Assembly (NCBI GenBank): GCA_049274945.1
Contig: JBASTP010000009.1
Span: 4,441 to 68,440 of the forward strand
Source of the DNA: Patescibacteria group bacterium
GTDB lineage: Bacteria; Patescibacteriota; UBA1384; GWA2-35-9; JBASTP01
DNA: 64,000 nt
Reading direction: 5' to 3'
Positions 62,324 through 64,000 of the stretch are shown in pieces; the stretch's first letter is position 1; the number at the start of each line of letters is the position of its first letter. A model generated the notes under the pieces. It did not search any database. It was given only the letters and a program-made list of their open reading frames with translations, and was not told the origin of the DNA. Position numbers and translations under genes: made by a program.

Positions 62324-63087
62324 TGGAAGAGTTACACTACGACGAAATGAGCCGGCTCGAGGAGTCACACTGGTGGCACCTGGCGCGGCAGCAAATTATT
62401 CCCGATTGGCTCGGCAGACAGCTCGGCGAGCTGGGATTCAAACGCGACTCGAAAATTCTTGATCTTGGCTGCGGCACCGGTAAGATCCTCAACATTCTGA
62501 AGCAATTTGGTGAGACCACCGGACTCGATTCGTCTCATAAGGCAATCGCCTATGCTAAGTCCAAAGGCGCAGGCAAGCTAGTGGTTGGCGATGCTACAAA
62601 ATTGCCCTTCAAAAAAGAGAGTTTTGATGTGGTAAGCGGCATGGAGCTCCTTGAACATATCAAAGATGATTCTGGCGCTCTTAAGGAATGGCGGCGGGTG
62701 CTTAAACCCAACGGTGTGCTTTTTTTAACCTGCCCGGCCTACATGTGGATGTGGGGCCCGGCTGATAAGTTTGCTCATCATGAAAGGCGGTATACCCGCG
62801 GGCAGCTGGTTACCTTACTAAAGCGCAACGGTTTTCGGCCAGTCAGGGCAAGTTACTTTAATACCATACTCTTTCCCGGGGTGGCACTCATTAGGCTTGC
62901 GCGTAAACCGTTTGTTAAGCTCGACACTATGAAAGGTGAAGATCTTGCAAAAGCGTTTGATTTTCATATTGGCCCAAAGTTTTTAGGCCGTTACCTCTAC
63001 TCGCTGTTTTCGCTTGAACGTTATTTGCTGCGCTGGTTTAATCTGCCATTTGGCGTATCGATCATAGTGTTAGCCCAAAAACAATGA
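62320..63087 (+). CDS. Class I SAM-dependent methyltransferase
   Basis: ILDLGCGTGKILNIL motif I; VLKPNGVLFLT. Confidence 0.75.
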   Translation: MMEELHYDEMSRLEESHWWHLARQQIIPDWLGRQLGELGFKRDSKILDLGCGTGKILNILKQFGETTGLDSSHKAIAYAKSKGAGKLVVGDATKLPFKKESFDVVSGMELLEHIKDDSGALKEWRRVLKPNGVLFLTCPAYMWMWGPADKFAHHERRYTRGQLVTLLKRNGFRPVRASYFNTILFPGVALIRLARKPFVKLDTMKGEDLAKAFDFHIGPKFLGRYLYSLFSLERYLLRWFNLPFGVSIIVLAQKQ

Positions 63088-63815
63088 AAGCCATTCGACA
63101 AGCTCAGGCTAAACAACTCTCACTCGTTTTGCCGATTCACAATCACGCTGATTTTGTTGAAAAAGTTATCAAAAAAACCGACCGAGTGCTTGCGGATGCG
63201 GGGTTGGACTTCGAGTTGATTCTTGTTGAAAACGGCTCAACCGATGGAAGTTTAGAGGTTTGCAGGAAACTCGCCCGTGAGAATAAGCGCATTAAACTTT
63301 TGCGAACACAAGCTGGCTACGGCCGCGCTATTATCAAAGGCCTAAAAAATTCGCGGGGAACTATTGTAGGCTATTCCGAAGCAAACGGGCTCATTTATCC
63401 TAATGTTATTCCCTACCTGGTTTGGTTACTGGAAGATAGGCACTGCGATCTTGCTAAGGGGTTGCGAGTCGAACGCGAGAGCACGTTCCGGGCCGTTCAA
63501 TCAAAGATTTACAATGCTCTCGCTAACTTAATGTTTGGGTTATCGCTCAAGGATGCCAACACCTGCCCAAAATTATTTCCCCGTAGCTACCTCAAGGTGT
63601 TTATGCTCGAACATCCCCAGTCATTTATCGATCTGGAAATCATGATTAAGGCAAAAGAGCTGGGGTTAAAAATCTTTGAGGTACCGATTCCCTACCTCGC
63701 CCGGGCCGGCGGCAAATCGCTCACCAATTGGGGTACGGCCTGGCAGTTTATTGCCAACATGGTATCGTGGCGGTTTAGTAAGTTAAGAGTATGGCGAAGC
63801 AAGCTAAAAAAATAA
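63084..63815 (+). CDS. Family 2 glycosyltransferase (DPM1-like)
   Basis: LSLVLPIHNHADFV...LILVENGSTDGS. Confidence 0.8.
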   Translation: MKAIRQAQAKQLSLVLPIHNHADFVEKVIKKTDRVLADAGLDFELILVENGSTDGSLEVCRKLARENKRIKLLRTQAGYGRAIIKGLKNSRGTIVGYSEANGLIYPNVIPYLVWLLEDRHCDLAKGLRVERESTFRAVQSKIYNALANLMFGLSLKDANTCPKLFPRSYLKVFMLEHPQSFIDLEIMIKAKELGLKIFEVPIPYLARAGGKSLTNWGTAWQFIANMVSWRFSKLRVWRSKLKK

Positions 63816-64000
63816 TTACCGTAGCGATCGGTTCAACGAGCCCGGTCAAGCTTAAAGCAACCGAGCTTGCGTTCACCGAAGCTTTCGGAAAAGTTACAGT
63901 GCTAGCAGTTGAAACTAACTCCGGGGTGCGCGATCAGCCGATCACCCGGGCCGAAGCGTTGGAAGGCGCAACCAATCGGGCAAAAGCCGCCCTGCAAAAG
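63790..64000 (+). CDS. Inosine/xanthosine triphosphatase-like (YjjX family), 5' part only; continues past window end
   Basis: KIITVAIGSTSPVKLKATELAFTEAFG...NSGVRDQPITRAEALEGATNRAKAA parallels the YjjX N-terminus. Confidence 0.5.

Noticed and set aside
1-64000. CRISPR array, rRNA genes, integrase/recombinase genes
   Set aside because: No regularly spaced direct repeats, no rRNA-like conserved stretches, and no tyrosine or serine recombinase motifs were found on either strand

Overview
This 64 kb window is bacterial, about 53-55% GC, with most genes on the + strand. It carries a housekeeping backbone: fba, an inositol monophosphatase, gmk, rpsA, nrnA, purB, alaS, ftsA, ruvX/yqgF, mltG, mreBCD with PBP2, greA, a class-I lysK, serS, hpf, secA, a split transketolase, and five tRNAs (Leu-CAG, a type-II Leu-GAG, Phe, Val, Leu-TAA). 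Class-I LysRS, split transketolase, a compact AlaRS, many PHP/DHH phosphoesterases and many hypotheticals suggest a reduced-genome lineage such as Patescibacteria/CPR; this is inference only. AT-richer accessory islets interrupt the backbone. (1) At 35.25-38.36 kb a duplicated cassette (conserved promoter, ~40-aa transmembrane (TM) micropeptide, ~110-aa TM protein) brackets an HD-GYP gene and a RAYT-type HUH tyrosine transposase that is itself flanked by CACTTC(C/G)GAAGTG palindromes. This is the most novel-looking unit. (2) A ~0.9 kb AbiEii-like nucleotidyltransferase module sits in the 3' end of mltG between ~47-bp direct repeats. (3) A DUF4258/DUF2283 toxin-antitoxin-like pair lies beside tRNA-Leu(TAA). 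(4) An islet with LD-carboxypeptidase/MccF-like, ANT(2'')/Lnu-like nucleotidyltransferase (NTase), VOC and SRPBCC genes. Other notable items: a conserved double-hairpin element in the tRNA-Phe/Val spacer and the greA leader; an RHH-NTP-transferase fusion behind three phased TATGATA repeats; two paralogous convergent pairs (hypothetical + PHP); a 1651-aa S8 protease followed by three FAD oxidoreductases; a PaaX-like regulator with a nested palindromic operator. No CRISPR array, rRNA or integrase was seen. Hand-derived coordinates (tRNAs, repeats, promoters) may be off by 1-2 nt; a one-base reading discrepancy was found and left unresolved at the 51960/51961 line boundary when comparing the printed sequence to the ORF track.
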